Shown here piece by piece: positions 38,800 through 51,385 of a stretch of DNA of 64,000 bases. Below the pieces are notes generated by a model that did not search any database, had not been told where the DNA came from, and worked only from the letters and a program-made list of their open reading frames with translations. A program made the position numbers and the translations under genes. The DNA is from Octopus bimaculoides (lineage: Eukaryota), in the NCBI RefSeq assembly GCF_001194135.2, contig NC_068981.1:12978532-13042531 (forward strand). The letters are read 5' to 3'. The first letter of the stretch is position 1. Every line of letters begins with the position of its first letter.

Positions 38800-39090
38800 A
38801 CATGGAGACATTAATAGCGAGTTTAGTGACTCAGGGAACTATCTTTGTACAGCTGCTGTTAGTGGTGGTTGTCGCAGGCATGCCGTCTGTTACGCAGGCA
38901 ACCACTCTTAATGGATATGTTGACGATACAAAAGTAGTACAAGAAGTCAGGTATTCTCTCGATGTTATCTTCTACAGAAAGACTGGGTTATCGTTTAGCA
39001 ATGGGTAACAGGAAATTCTAAGGCTTCCTCTATTTGCTAATTTCTGCTGTGAGCACACCAGGTGTAACAGATATGCCAGAGGGACATGTT
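38800..39090 (+). mobile_element. CR1/L2-type LINE reverse-transcriptase fragment
   Basis: SLVTQGTIFVQLLLVVVVAGMPSVTQATTLNGYVDDTKVVQEV, corresponding to the RT motifs SGVPQGxxLGPLLF and YADDTK. Confidence 0.75.
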
Positions 39091-39569
39091 GATTTCGAAA
39101 ACATCAGATTTCTTTTCCTTGATGTTTGCATGCCCCACCAATCTATATGTTATTGACTGAAGACATCAGTATAAATGATAGATCCTTTTTTGATTTTAAT
39201 TATTTGTGTTCACTTATTTAATCAACTGAGTGGAAAACTCTTTGAATTTACATGGCAACTAGTCGAACATTCCAGATGGGTTTTTTTTTCTTGTATTTGT
39301 TCCGTTATTGGACAGCGGCCATNNNNNNNNNNNNNNNNNNNNNNNNNNNNNNNNNNNNNNNNNNNNNNNNNNNNNNNNNNNNNNNNNNNNNNNNNNNNNN
39401 NNNNNNNNNNNNNNNNNNNNNNNNNNNNNNNNNNNNNNNNNNNNNNNNNNNNNNNNNNNNNNNNNNNNNNNNNNNNNNNNNNNNNNNNNNNNNNNNNNNN
39501 NNNNNNNNNNNNNNNNNNNNNTATATATATATATATATATATATATACGTACATATATGTATAATAATA

Positions 39570-39990
39570 ATTGGCCCTATTCGTCTATGCAGACGGTCAA
39601 TTTAGCTTAGAGGTAATTTAATCGAACATAACAGGGGATCCTTTTCTTGCAGGCAGCTTCTTTCATGGCTGATTCTTCCTATGATTGAAGCGAAGCTTCT
39701 GTCACAGTACTTGCATACCAAGACGGTGTCTCGGCACTCTCCATATCTTACTGAAAAAGTGTCCGATGTGTTACTGCTTCATGATTACAATTCAACTTCC
39801 AGTTTCCTTGTGTTGTTTGAGATCCATCAGTTCAGAAACTTAGTGTGTGACGGTCTTCGCTCTTGCCAGCGAGTTATTGACATTGGAAAGGTTGACTATT
39901 AATGTATTTTCCAGTGATAAGTAATACATTCTCGCATTATTTATGTCGTTAATCCAGGAAGACATCGCATAATTCTAAGTTTAAATTCTA
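39570..39990 (-). mobile_element. RTE-clade LINE 3' end, third subfamily, decayed
   Basis: The minus strand encodes VCKYCDRSFASIIGRISHERSC (terminal finger), then a short UTR ending at an (ATT)/(TA) tail. Confidence 0.7.
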
Positions 39991-40479
39991 CCGAACACTT
40001 CTCCCGATGTTCTCAGTTACTTAGTCCCCGATTGATCTTATATTATCAACAAAATTATTGCAATTGAATTTTCCGTGGAGTCTTTGCAAGAGAATTTTTT
40101 TTGTCATCTCTATCTTCATTAACCACGTGGAAGCACAACAAAAGCAATAAGTGGTGGTGTTAGTAATAAGATGCTACTCAATGTTTGGAGTACAGAACTG
40201 ATGTTTAATGATATGGAAAGTGAGAGAAATATTATGAAGCGTGCGCAGTGTCTAATGCTATCGGTGTTTCATTTTTTAAATCTAAACTCTGCTCGATATC
40301 TTTTCTGTGATGAGTACAATAATAAAACTAAGAGAGGCTTTGTTTTATAATTTGAAAACCACCATAAAAGAATAATGGGTTCAACTTAATATAAGTTGAT
40401 CGCATATATCTGTTTCTGTTTTGAAGAGAAGTGCTTTATGCTATCTAGATTATTACATTTGGAACCCACAGGAAATCAT

Positions 40480-40720
40480 TGGCTTAGTGGGTGTAGACGT
40501 TTCGTTATCACCATATTTACTGTGTAGGCCATGTCGTCGTTTAAATCTATCAATATTATCTACTAATATTTCAAAATGCTTCTGAAATATCTGTCCGCAG
40601 AGCTTGTGCTCAGCATTAAGCGTTGGCAAACTGAGCGAATCTTCCATTTTTCAAATACTAAGTGAAAGTGTCGTCATTTTCCCGGATACGAACTGCATTA
40701 GAAATAAGGGGTTTAACATT
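40480..40720 (-). mobile_element. pogo/Tigger-like transposase fragment (CENP-B-type HTH)
   Basis: SLSLPTLNAEHKLCGQIFQKHFEILVDNIDRFKRRHGL, compared with the recalled Tigger motif LPISGPIL..KA...FKASxGWLDRFKxRHGI. Confidence 0.55.
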
Positions 40721-41094
40721 CTATTTTATCTGCAATTTTTATACGTCTTCACTTCATTTATGTATACAATTTTCAACACTTTTCAAATTAGATTATGTAC
40801 AAATTTTCGTTATGTAAACATACGCCTTATAAGGACCAAAGTACGCCTAGTGTGATAGTCTATTTTAGTGCTAAAAGTGAACATACAGTACTTGAACTAC
40901 AGAGCCGGTATCTACTCTCCGCATGTAAATATATGCATAGACACGCAATAGTAATGGGATGGAATGCATAACAAGCATACAATTATTAAATTGCTAGAAT
41001 GCAGACCATCTTTAGCAAAAGAGATCAAAATATCGAATGTGCACTAAATGAGGTACCTCTATCAGGTATAATATAGAACTCTGACAGACACTGA

Positions 41095-41290
41095 TACATG
41101 GACATGCATATGCACATGCATATACACATACATACATACATACATACATATATACATAAATGCATACGTACGTACATACATAAATACATACATACATGCA
41201 TACATACATGCATACATGCATACATACATACATGCATACATTCATACATGCATACATACATACACACAAAAATATATATATATTATATAT
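41095..41290. repeat. Imperfect (CATA/CATG)n and (TA)n tract
   Basis: Read directly from the sequence. Confidence 0.92.
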
Positions 41291-41329
41291 AAGTATACGT
41301 TAGAGGTTCTTTGAAATCTCTAATGGACG

Positions 41330-41933
41330 GTTAAATCCAAAGGTGCTCATGGGAATTACGAACTTTATTAAGAGAGGTTTAGTACATAGTATTAGCAATA
41401 GAATGTGACGCCTGTGTTCCAACTAACATTATTTTGATAAGCATAAGGATATAACAGAATTAACAGAAATCCACACGATAATACCATTAACACTAACCAC
41501 GCAACAAACGTCACTACAAACAACACCAACAATAAGAACAGTATAGATAAGCTCAACAAAATTAGTAGCAATAGAAGCAATATTAAATCCAATACACAAA
41601 TCACCAATATTATAACCAATGACAACATGAATACCAACAATTTGATAATCAATAAAATAAACATTAACAAGACTAATAACACGAATTATGAAAATAAGTT
41701 GAAAAATAAAAAAAATANNNNNNNNNNNNNNNNNNNNNNNNNNNNNNNNNNNNNNNNNNNNNNNNNNNNNNNNNNNNNNNNNNNNNNNNNNNNNNNNNNN
41801 NNNNNNNNNNNNNNNNNNNNNNNNNNNNNNNNNNNNNNNNNNNNNNNNNNNNNNNNNNNNNNNNNNNNNNNNNNNNNNNNNNNNNNNNNNNNNNNNNNNN
41901 NNNNNNNNNNNNNNNNNNNNNNNNNNNNNNNNN

Positions 41934-41965
<32 letters not shown>

Positions 41966-43385
41966 GTATATATACAGGAGTAATAGTAAAGATAAACCCA
42001 ACTATAGGAATAAACTCGATAGTCATAACTATAATTTCAGACGCCTTACAAACAATGAGGCTGATTTCTATATCAGACATAGCAATACTAACAATAAACG
42101 TAATAGTGATAAGATCTGGCTCGTAATTCCTTTCGCCATGCACCTCAAATCCAACATATTTCGCTCATTAATGAAACTAATGGATAAACACTTGGACGTA
42201 AATGATAAATATGCAGCAATATTTAAGAATAAAATTAAAGTAGGCCACAGCCTGACTAGTAACCTAGCTACCATCATAGTCTCGTTTAATAATAGAAAAA
42301 AAAACTGGACACATTCTATGAAGCTAGGAAACTTATGAACAATAAATCTAATAACCAACAGACTAATAGAACAAATTCCAGCATTAATGAAGCGCCTCCT
42401 AGCAACACAAGGAACAGAGTATCAATAACTCCCACAACACAACACGAATACATATATACCTAATAATTTATGTGGTTTCAAGGATAGAAGTCAGTGCTAA
42501 TTCTCTTATAGATCCAAGATTAAAAACAGTTTACCAATGTGACGTAAACACATATAGCCACATAAAACACCGTATAAGAGCCACGAAAAACCAAATGATA
42601 TTCAGGTACATGCACACCAATTTAGCTCCAGAAACACGAGTAATACAAATTCAACAGCGCTTATTAGCTATATCTGGGAGCTTAAGGCCAAATATACAGA
42701 ATAAGATTAATAGGGCGCATACACGCAAAAACAACTTCTTACAACTCTATCAATAGACTGTGCGATCTCTGTTAACGGAACGCCTGGACATTCTAACGGC
42801 TAAACCACTTCTGCTTAATAGAAAATATGAGAACAGATGTTCTTGTCTACATATATGGCTATTTGTTTTTTCCAAGTATCTGTAAACCTGCTTGACCCTG
42901 TACAAATCCTACGCTAGCATCTTCATATAAATAATCCTATTTAACCGGGAACGACATAAACTACTTACATGCAAAAATTAACCTCCCAAACCCCACTTGC
43001 TTTGCACAGCCCATAATAAATTATTTTACACCTACACAGGGCTTCCTCCATTACTACGAACTTCCTACAACTTTAAGTTCAAAAGATATCTCTTACACAC
43101 CCCGGACTGAGTAATCCGGATAGAGTTAGCCCCCTTTTCACTATGAGTTAGAGTCAACCCCTTTCTTTACTCCACTGCTGAAAAGTATATCCAGGATAAA
43201 CACGTGGACAATATGCGCTTACTTTATCTTCGGACTACAGTTCAAAATAACCTCCATCCTGCATCCACTTCGCAGAAGAATTATCAACTAAGAAATATAC
43301 TAATGTATCCCTATGTCTCTCTGTGCATCCTGATGGTGTTTACCACTACAACTGGTAAACAGAAACGATCGTAAATGTATTATTA
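41330..43385 (+). mobile_element. Penelope-like retroelement (PLE) 3' portion: RT thumb, Asn-rich insert, linker, GIY-YIG, pLTR with hammerhead
   Basis: FIKRGLVHSISNRM*RLCSN*HYFDKHKD (from 41364); KIWLVIPFAMHLKSNIFRSLMKLMDKHL..YAAIFKNKIKVGHSLTSNLATIIVSFNNRK (from 42111; compare the recalled IWFNPPFS..VKTNI..FL.LIDKHF); LKTVYQCDV..; NTSNTNSTALISYIWELK; RLCDLC/TERLDILT..LLNRKYE..SCLH. Multiple stops and frameshifts. Confidence 0.85.
43323..43380 (+). ncRNA. Minimal type-I hammerhead ribozyme motif at the PLE 3' end
   Basis: CUGAUGg(43330-36); perfect 9-bp stem II UGUUUACCA/UGGUAAACA with loop CUACAAC; GAAA(43362-65); palindromic stem III ACGAUCGU; GUA triplet (A43373); stem I of 6 bp after one C-A mismatch. 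Confidence 0.78.
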
Positions 43386-43467
43386 CTACCACTTTTCTTA
43401 AATAATTAATTAAATTAAAGGCTTACTAACGCAAACGACCAATTTCTTTTTCCTCCATTTTATTCTT

Positions 43468-43502
<35 letters not shown>

Positions 43503-46500
43503 NNNNNNNNNNNNNNNNNNNNNNNNNNNNNNNNNNNNNNNNNNNNNNNNNNNNNNNNNNNNNNNATATATATACACACAAAACACAAAAGAATAAAAAT
43601 TAGAGTTTTCGCGCCAACATTTTATAATTCTTATATTGGTTCGTACACACACAAACTTACATAAAACCATAAAGCAATTATCGAATTCGGTTGCCGCTAG
43701 CCAACTTTTCAGACTCTTAGCATTACTGTAGTACATATATTGAGAATATCGAAGAACTATATCATTAGAATTTAGGTCACAGAATATGTGAGTTATAAGT
43801 TAAACAGTTTAGCGGGCCAAGTCTCGAAATCACTGTACCCTCATACAGAAAATATTTCAGTAGCATGGTCCCCACGAATTTCTCCATCTGTTATGCCCTC
43901 TTTAATTTACAACAACTCTTCCATTTCACTGCCGCTTGTAAAACGTTAAATTACATTTGCAAAACACACACACAAACTCAAATATATCTCTGTGTGTGTG
44001 AGTGTGTGTGTGTGTGCGTTTGTGTGAGTGTGAGTATAGCGATGACTATATATTTTTTTTAGGCGGAGGGTGGGGAACCTGAAGTCATCGTAACTAACAG
44101 ATTTCAAGATAATTAGTAGGACATTTACAGTGATTGCCTAAACCAACTGTTTTTACCTTATCTGCAATGGTTATATATGTGTTTTTCGTCATTTAACAAA
44201 TATGCAACAGATACAGGCACCATTAAAATGACACTAAATTCAATGTTTATTTAAACCATTTTTATCTGCATCAGTCAATGGAACAATGAATCATCTGATA
44301 AAAATCGCATCCCGACACAAGGATCGAGTTTTATAATTAATCATACGGTAGTGTTTGTTCACCTCTGTGCTTTTACTGTTTAAGCTACATAGCTCTGTTA
44401 TCAATGTATCATTTTGCATAAAACTGAAGCAAACCATTTTCTATTTGCATGTTAATATATTTCAACGTTGATTCACATATTTTCTTTTTCTTTTGGATAC
44501 TCTTGGCGCCATAAACGTGGATCAATTACGTATTTTAAATTATGGAACCGATTATTACTAAGATAAATGCAGATAAAACATGCAAAATAATAAATAGGGG
44601 AATTTAGGAAATAATTTACAATAAGAAAGTAATATTGCCTATCCGAGACGCGAGGGATTGATGTAAGATTAGGCTATTCATGACAAAATACAGGAAATAT
44701 AATTTCATTCTTCATTCATCTTTAAAACATCCCTTTATCTCATTGAGAGGAAAGTTCAGAGCAAACTTCGTGTTATAGCCGTGAGCAATATTCAAAATAA
44801 TATCCAGATGATTTCATATAATTTTAAGTTTTAAAAGAACGATCACAGGAAGTGATAAACATATTGGCGCCATAACAGTAACATATGATAATATAATACC
44901 AATATATTTATCACTCTCTCTCGCTCACTTACACAAACACCAACACACACACAAACATATATACGTATGTGTATATATATATATATNNNNNNNNNNNNNN
45001 NNNNNNNNNNNNNNNNNNNNNNNNNNNNNNNNNNNNNNNNNNNNNNNNNNNNNNNNNNNNNNNNNNNNNNNNNNNNNNNNNNNNNNNNNNNNNNNNNNNN
45101 NNNNNNNNNNNNNNNNNNNNNNNNNNNNNNNNNNNNNNNNNNNNNNNNNNNNNNNNNNNNNNNNNNNNNNNNNNNNNNNNNNNNNNNNNNNNNNNNNNNN
45201 NNNNNNNNNNNNNNNNNNNNNNNNNNNNNNNNNNNNNNNNNNNNNNNNNNNNNNNNNNNNNNNNNNNNNNNNNNNNNNNNNNNNNNNNNNNNNNNNNNNN
45301 NNNNNNNNNNNNNNNNNNNNNNNNNNNNNNNNNNNNNNNNNNNNNNNNNNNNNNNNNNNNNNNNNNNNNNNNNNNNNNNNNNNNNNNNNNNNNNNNNNNN
45401 NNNNNNNNNNNNNNNNNNNNNNNNNNNNNNNNNNNNNNNNNNNNNNNNNNNNNNNNNNNNNNNNNNNNNNNNNNNNNNNNNNNNNNNNNNNNNNNNNNNN
45501 NNNNNNNNNNNNNNNNNNNNNNNNNNNNNNNNNNNNNNNNNNNNNNNNNNNNNNNNNNNNNNNNNNNNNNNNNNNNNNNNNNNNNNNNNNNNNNNNNNNN
45601 NNNNNNNNNNNNNNNNNNNNNNNNNNNNNNNNNNNNNNNNNNNNNNNNNNNNNNNNNNNNNNNNNNNNNNNNNNNNNNNNNNNNNNNNNNNNNNNNNNNN
45701 NNNNNNNNNNNNNNNNNNNNNNNNNNNNNNNNNNNNNNNNNNNNNNNNNNNNNNNNNNNNNNNNNNNNNNNNNNNNNNNNNNNNNNNNNNNNNNNNNNNN
45801 NNNNNNNNNNNNNNNNNNNNNNNNNNNNNNNNNNNNNNNNNNNNNNNNNNNNNNNNNNNNNNNNNNNNNNATATATATATATATATATATATACAGATAC
45901 ATGCATACATACGTACATGCATAAATAGACAGGCAGATAATATGATATCATATAGGGTAACACGATAAAATACACTATGATATATGCCTCGCTGCTCTGT
46001 AGAATTTGGTATACAAATTATAGACATGCAATTTATGTATGAGTCATGAATATAGCAATGCTTTATAATGCAATGCATTTATGACCAGTGTTCTAAATTT
46101 ACGAAGATATGTTTCGAAAAACCCTTGATAACGTCAAATAAAAACTAAGTTTTTGTACTTTTTGGTAAAGACATTCTTGGATGCATCGTTAATGGAAATA
46201 TTTCAGAACAAAATTTATCGTGGATAATATAACTGTATCACAGGAATATAAATATCAAACAGATAAAATTGTAAATAGTACCATATCTCTTTGCCTACGT
46301 GCAAAGTGATTGACACTGGTAATATATTTAGTGAAGGTATCTACAGGAGGATAGAAATTACATTGCAGTATCGTAAATTTCGCTGCATAGAACAAGTTTG
46401 GAAAATGTGCTGCTTACATAGGAATGACAGAACTCATAGAATATGATTTTGAAAGATGTCTAGATTTCAAATCCTACAGCTTTACAGTGAGGAAGTAAAA

Positions 46501-46631
46501 ACCCTCAACAAATAATGCGAAATTCACGTAACTTAAATCTGTAAAAGAATCGAAAAGTCAGTTACAGTTTGATTATTTTCTTTCTTACTTTACATAGGCT
46601 GCAGAGGATCTTAACTAGATGAATACTTTTT

Positions 46632-47052
46632 TTAGAAATAATACATTTCTACAGTAGTGATACGATGAAGTAGTTGTATGCTGTCAACATAATGTGACAG
46701 TGCCCTGAAGGGAATCATACCTACTGTCGGCCTTGACACATTTCCTCTGTCCTTATGTTTACAAGGGGGAGACAAGCACCTGCACCCAACCAAGCCTGCA
46801 TCGAGAGACATGTTTCTGAGTCTTTGCTCTTCATCAGTCGGGAGTAGCATGACTTGCTAGTCGAAGATGCCTGTCACGCTTTTGTAAACATATAATAATT
46901 CTAGTGAAATACATTCACTGATTTCAGATTTAGAAATAAAACATTTCTAAATCTGTCAGAGAGATTAATGCAGTAGTGACACGATGAAGTAGTTTTGCTG
47001 TCAACTTAATGTAACAGTCCAGTGAAGAAAATAATACTACTGTTGGTTAGAC
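46632..47052. repeat. Partial tandem repeat: diverged direct repeats 46632-46736 and 46930-47052, period about 300-320 nt
   Basis: TTAGAAATAA(T/A)ACATTTCT..CAGTAGTGA(T/C)ACGATGAAGTAGTT..TGCTGTCAAC(A/T)TAATGT(G/A)ACAGT..CTACTGT occurs in both copies. The second copy has a roughly 20-nt insertion. Confidence 0.88.
46801..46843 (-). ncRNA. Minimal type-I hammerhead ribozyme motif between the direct repeats
   Basis: Minus strand UCCCGA-CUGAUGA-A-GAG-CAAAGA-CUC-A-GAAA-CAUG-UC-UCUCGA. Intact CUGAUGA and GAAA, palindromic stem III ACAUGU, GUC triplet, stem I paired 4/6. Confidence 0.72.
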
Positions 47053-47059
47053 CTAAATG

Positions 47060-48085
47060 AATAGAGGAATGCGTGTATGTATATCCATTGAAGCCCAGCA
47101 AACGTCATCAGTGGTGTCCCTCTGGGTACTGTCTTGGGTTCGCCCTCTCTTTATAGTCTATATAAAATACATTTCAAGCGTCATTACACGCAGCAAAGTG
47201 AAAAATTCCCCGTTGACTCCAAGCTCCTGAAAAATCATCAACGGAACAAAAAGACCGAGCTCAACACCAGTCTGATTTATATGCTCTAAGTGAAGAGGGA
47301 GAGAAAAACGAAATGCAAATAAACGAGGGAAAATTTGAACTAATGCTTTCTGTTAAGAGGACTATGCTAAAACGATCATATTCTCTTCCTTCAGGGGAAC
47401 CACTCACATCATCTAATAATATCAGAGACCGATGAGTAATTGTTGACGACAACCTCAGCTGGAATACCCACATCAAAAGTAAAATCGGTACAGCTCGGAA
47501 GATGAGCTCCTGGATCATAAGAACATTCCGTTCCAGAGAAAAAGGTGTCAGGATCCCTATTTTGTCCTTCTTTCTACAGCCACACCTCGAATACTGCTAT
47601 CCATTGTGGTCCCCCCACACAACGCAAAACATTTCGAGAAGTGAATCATCCCAGAGGGCATTCACTAAAAGAATTGAAGACATGACTGATCTCGATTATT
47701 AGGGACGTCTAAAAGCATTGAATCTCTATTCTATCCAGCGCCACCCTAAGCGATGCATCATTTGCACAAGGTGGAGAATATACCATTAGCATTGTCCAAA
47801 TGACCTTTAAAATAGTTTCAGAATTCATCAAAGGTTAGGAGCACGTGTCATACGTCCCTTACACAATTCAAGATCACAACGCATAAATACACTGCAACAC
47901 AATTTCTTTTCCTCTAGCCTATTTACTATTATCTCAAATTAAATCAAAGAGAAAAAAATCCCATCACCTTGAAACAGAATCTGGGTAAATTACTTCAAAG
48001 GATACCAGACAAGCCATATATACCTGTATACAACTCACTCAACAAGAACTCCGTCCGTGAATTCACCGTGTTACCACAAAGCTTG
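47060..48085 (+). mobile_element. CR1-type LINE RT and C-terminus, decayed
   Basis: PANVISGVPLGTVLG..; NEMQINEGKFEL; VIVDDNLSWNTHI; ARKMSSWIIRTFRSREKG..PHLEYCYPLWSPHTTQNISRSESSQRAFTKRIEDMTDLDY*GRLKALNLYS; ..RIPDKPYIPVYNSLNKNS. Confidence 0.92.
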
Positions 48086-48508
48086 ACGTGAATTTAACAA
48101 ATTCTATCAGGTATGTACTATTAAGTTATACGTGCCTAGGCCAATTTTTGGTCGAAACCTATCTGAGCTATGTGTGTTTGTGTATGTTTGTATGTGTGTG
48201 TGTGTCCGTTGCATTTGCTTGGAAACACACTAATAACATTTACTATTGTCACACTGGATTAATATTGGTGTAGTGGTGCATCTTTTGCATTAATACAAGG
48301 TTTTCTGTATCGTAAGGTGTTGAAAAGGGGAACTGAGACAACACTTGTACTGCAAACCTCTGTATTCTGTTTTCTCTTAGTGTTCGTCAACATTTAATAT
48401 TTCAATATAACTGAACTGGAAAAGCATAAACAAGTATGATAGAATAAAGCATAGAAAGATTATTTATGATCTTATGTATTGAATGATGTATATGAAATAT
48501 ACTTTATA

Positions 48509-49786
48509 TGAAGTGCGTTCAAAAAGTATCCGACATTTAGGAATTTTGAGATTCTTTATATTTCTCAAATTTTATTTATTCATATTCAAAATATACTCCT
48601 TGGGAGTTCACACACTTCTCACAGCGGTTCTGTAATTACCGTTAACATCTCTTGAACGCCTTCTCTGGAATTCTATAGAGCTCCGCCGTCGCTTTACTGA
48701 TAACTCCCTCACCCTCAAATCTTTTCCCTTACAGCGTGGTTTTTAGATTTGGGGAGAGCCTGAAGTCACACAGTTCCAATTCGGGAGTGTAGGGAGCTTG
48801 CGGAATAAGTGGTGTGTTGTTCGGTGGGCAGAAATGTGGGGTGCATTGCCTTGGTGCGGATGCCACTTCTTCGTCGCCGACATGTTCGGGCACTTCGAGC
48901 ACCTTGGACGCACAACATTGTGAAGTTGATAGTAGTATTTTTTTTTATGTTTTAGCTTTCTGTTGCATATTCATAATGCACAATACTGCAGGACTCAAAG
49001 CAGCAGGTCAACATTACCTTCACATTGCTGCGAAGCCCTCATGTTCTTCTGGACCTTAGTGATGACAAATATTTCTATTGGGAAGGCTGGAACTTGCTTT
49101 ACGGATCGTAACCATAAACCCCTAATTTACCACTTGTGATGATGTTCTCATGAAGTCTGGGTCGTAGTTTGCACAGTCCAACATGTACTAACGATTTCTG
49201 TTTGTGCTTCTTCTGATGCTCCACCTGCATCTTGGAGACGAATTTCGCTGACACTTTCTGTATGCACAAATCCTCCATTAAAATTGAATGCACTCATACT
49301 GTGCTTATTTCAATTTGGTAAATAATTTTCAAGATTGTTACACGAGGTATTCGATGACACTTCACCGCACTTTCTCAATCGGCACCTTGTTTTGGCTTGT
49401 GGATGGCCTACTGAGCGTGTGTTGTCCTCCAATGAGGTTCGGTCAAGTTTCAAGGTGAAGTATCTCTCCTAGATCTGAATTTTGTCCATCACATCACCAT
49501 CAAAGGACTGTTAAATATTTTGAGTGGTTTCAGCTTGAGTATCACCGAGATTTTTGTAAAACATGATGAAATATCTCTATGGTCCAGCATAAACAACAAT
49601 CGGACGAGCGCGCACTCCACGCTTATACTCTAAATGCAACGGTTGGTAACCGACGCAGCCTACCGGTATAAAAGTTTTTGCTGTGTTCAGAAAGGCTGGC
49701 ATATTTTCGAAACCAAGAGTTTTTGCCTCACGGCATTAATTTTGCCGGAAGAAAACAAGGCCGAATATTTTTTTCAGCGCACTTTG
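48509..49786 (-). mobile_element. Full-length (1278 bp) decayed mariner (DD34D-type) transposon
   Basis: TA-flanked imperfect TIRs (TGAAGTGCGTTCAAAAAGTATCCGAC / GGCCGAATATTTTTTTCAGCGCACTTTG). Transposase remnants HSILMEDLCIQKVSAKFVSK, NIITSGKLGVYGYDP and PQAPYTPELELCDFRLSPNLK. Confidence 0.9.
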
Positions 49787-49892
49787 TAAAAAAAAAAAAT
49801 TGTTTTAATTTTAATTGAAGAAAGAAAACATAAAACTAGTAGCAATATTCTGCGATTCATAGAGGCTGTGGGGATAAATTCAAGAATTTTCG

Positions 49893-50004
49893 CAAATCTG
49901 ATGCAATCGCACTTGCATTTCTAGAATGTTAATGTAATTAAAAGAATACAAATCTGATGCAATCGCACTTGCATTTCTAGAATGTTAATGTAATTAAAAG
50001 AATA
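49893..50004. repeat. Perfect 56-bp tandem duplication
   Basis: CAAATCTGATGCAATCGCACTTGCATTTCTAGAATGTTAATGTAATTAAAAGAATA x2, with no mismatch. Confidence 0.95.
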
Positions 50005-51212
50005 CAAAAATAAACATACGATAATGCTTATAGAGATATTCTATACTGACCATTATTTAATCGAGCATTTGTTAATGAACATCAAGAAAGATACTCCCCA
50101 ATATCTATAACGGTTAGAAATGTATGGCTTCTAGAATTTATGCAATGTTTATGACAATGTTTGAATTACCTACTTCGTTCAGAAGTTTATTTACCTGAGG
50201 CATGTAGACGCACGTATTGCTTCATAATAGTATATAGCTATATATATATATAAAACAGTCTTCTAAAATTAACAAACGGATGGCATATATCTTCTCTGAA
50301 TAACGTGTGTATACTGCAGTTACTTCTCAGTTCGCTTTTGGAGCTAAAATTTAATTTACTATATTTAATCTGGTTCTTAATAGAAGTTAATGAAAGAATT
50401 ACTGAAAAAAGTAAGCAACGTGAAGGATGTTTTCTTCGCCACAGTATATCAAATAAGATATTAAAGTAGCGGGGATTTAATATGTTACATAGCAGAACAT
50501 ACATGCGATACGATAGATCAAGAGATTTTCAAGCTTCAGTTGTTCGCCATTTTATAGTGCAAATATCACTTACAAAAATATGCACATTAAATGATCGTAT
50601 AATCGAATAAATTGCGTGAGGAAGACAATCAATATCTATTTCCATTAATGGGATATTGTTGGAAGAAAGTTCAAACATTCCACATCAAAGAATATAAAAA
50701 TAGAATTAATAAAAAGAAATACGTACGATATTACTAATGACAATAGATATATTATGAACGAAATCCAAATACAAAGGAGAGTTTGAAACCGAATGCAGAA
50801 GGCCGTTATTAAAATTTTATATTAGCCTCACCGCTTAAAGAAAAGGCTGAACATACATGCTAAGTATGGTTAGTTATGCAAAATCAGATATATAAATACA
50901 TGCGAATGGCCGTGCACACGCGCACACACACGTACATATGCACGCACACACAGGTGTGTGAGAGTAAAAGTATTCCATTCTCGTAGACATGCAAAGGAAT
51001 GTAGATATCAGGTGGCTTCATTTTCAATCTCTCCAATTGTCACTTCTGTAAGTGAATCTAAATGTAGCCTCCGTGTGTGTCATATCATGGCAGGAGTTAT
51101 TTTGATGATGCGTGCGCTCGCGTGTGGGCATGTATGATCGGACATTTAATTACTTGTATATTGAGAACAATTTAATTCCAATTTTGGGTTTATAATACTG
51201 GTTTTATAAAAC

Positions 51213-51385
51213 TGGATTCAAGTTTTGGCTCAAGGCCAGCAATTTCTTGGACTGGTTGGAATTAGTCACTCACCAGGTACTTCTGTTATCATCCTTGAAA
51301 GGATGAATGGCAAAGTTGACTGCAGCGGAATTTCAACTCGGAAACTAAGTTCGCTAAGCATTTTGTTAGGCGCGGAGACAATTTA
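51213..51385 (-). mobile_element. SINE family B, decayed copy
   Basis: TTTTGGCTCAAGGCCAGCAATTT...CCAGGTACTT..TTATCA..GAAAGGATGAATGGCAAAGTTGAC..GCGGAATTTCAACTC..CGCTAAGCATTTTG. Confidence 0.75.

Noticed and set aside
46652-46727. snoRNA or pre-miRNA reading of the duplicated hairpin
   Set aside because: The D box CUGA is not kept in the second copy, the C box is imperfect, ACA spacing does not fit H/ACA, and the large internal loop does not suit a pre-miRNA.
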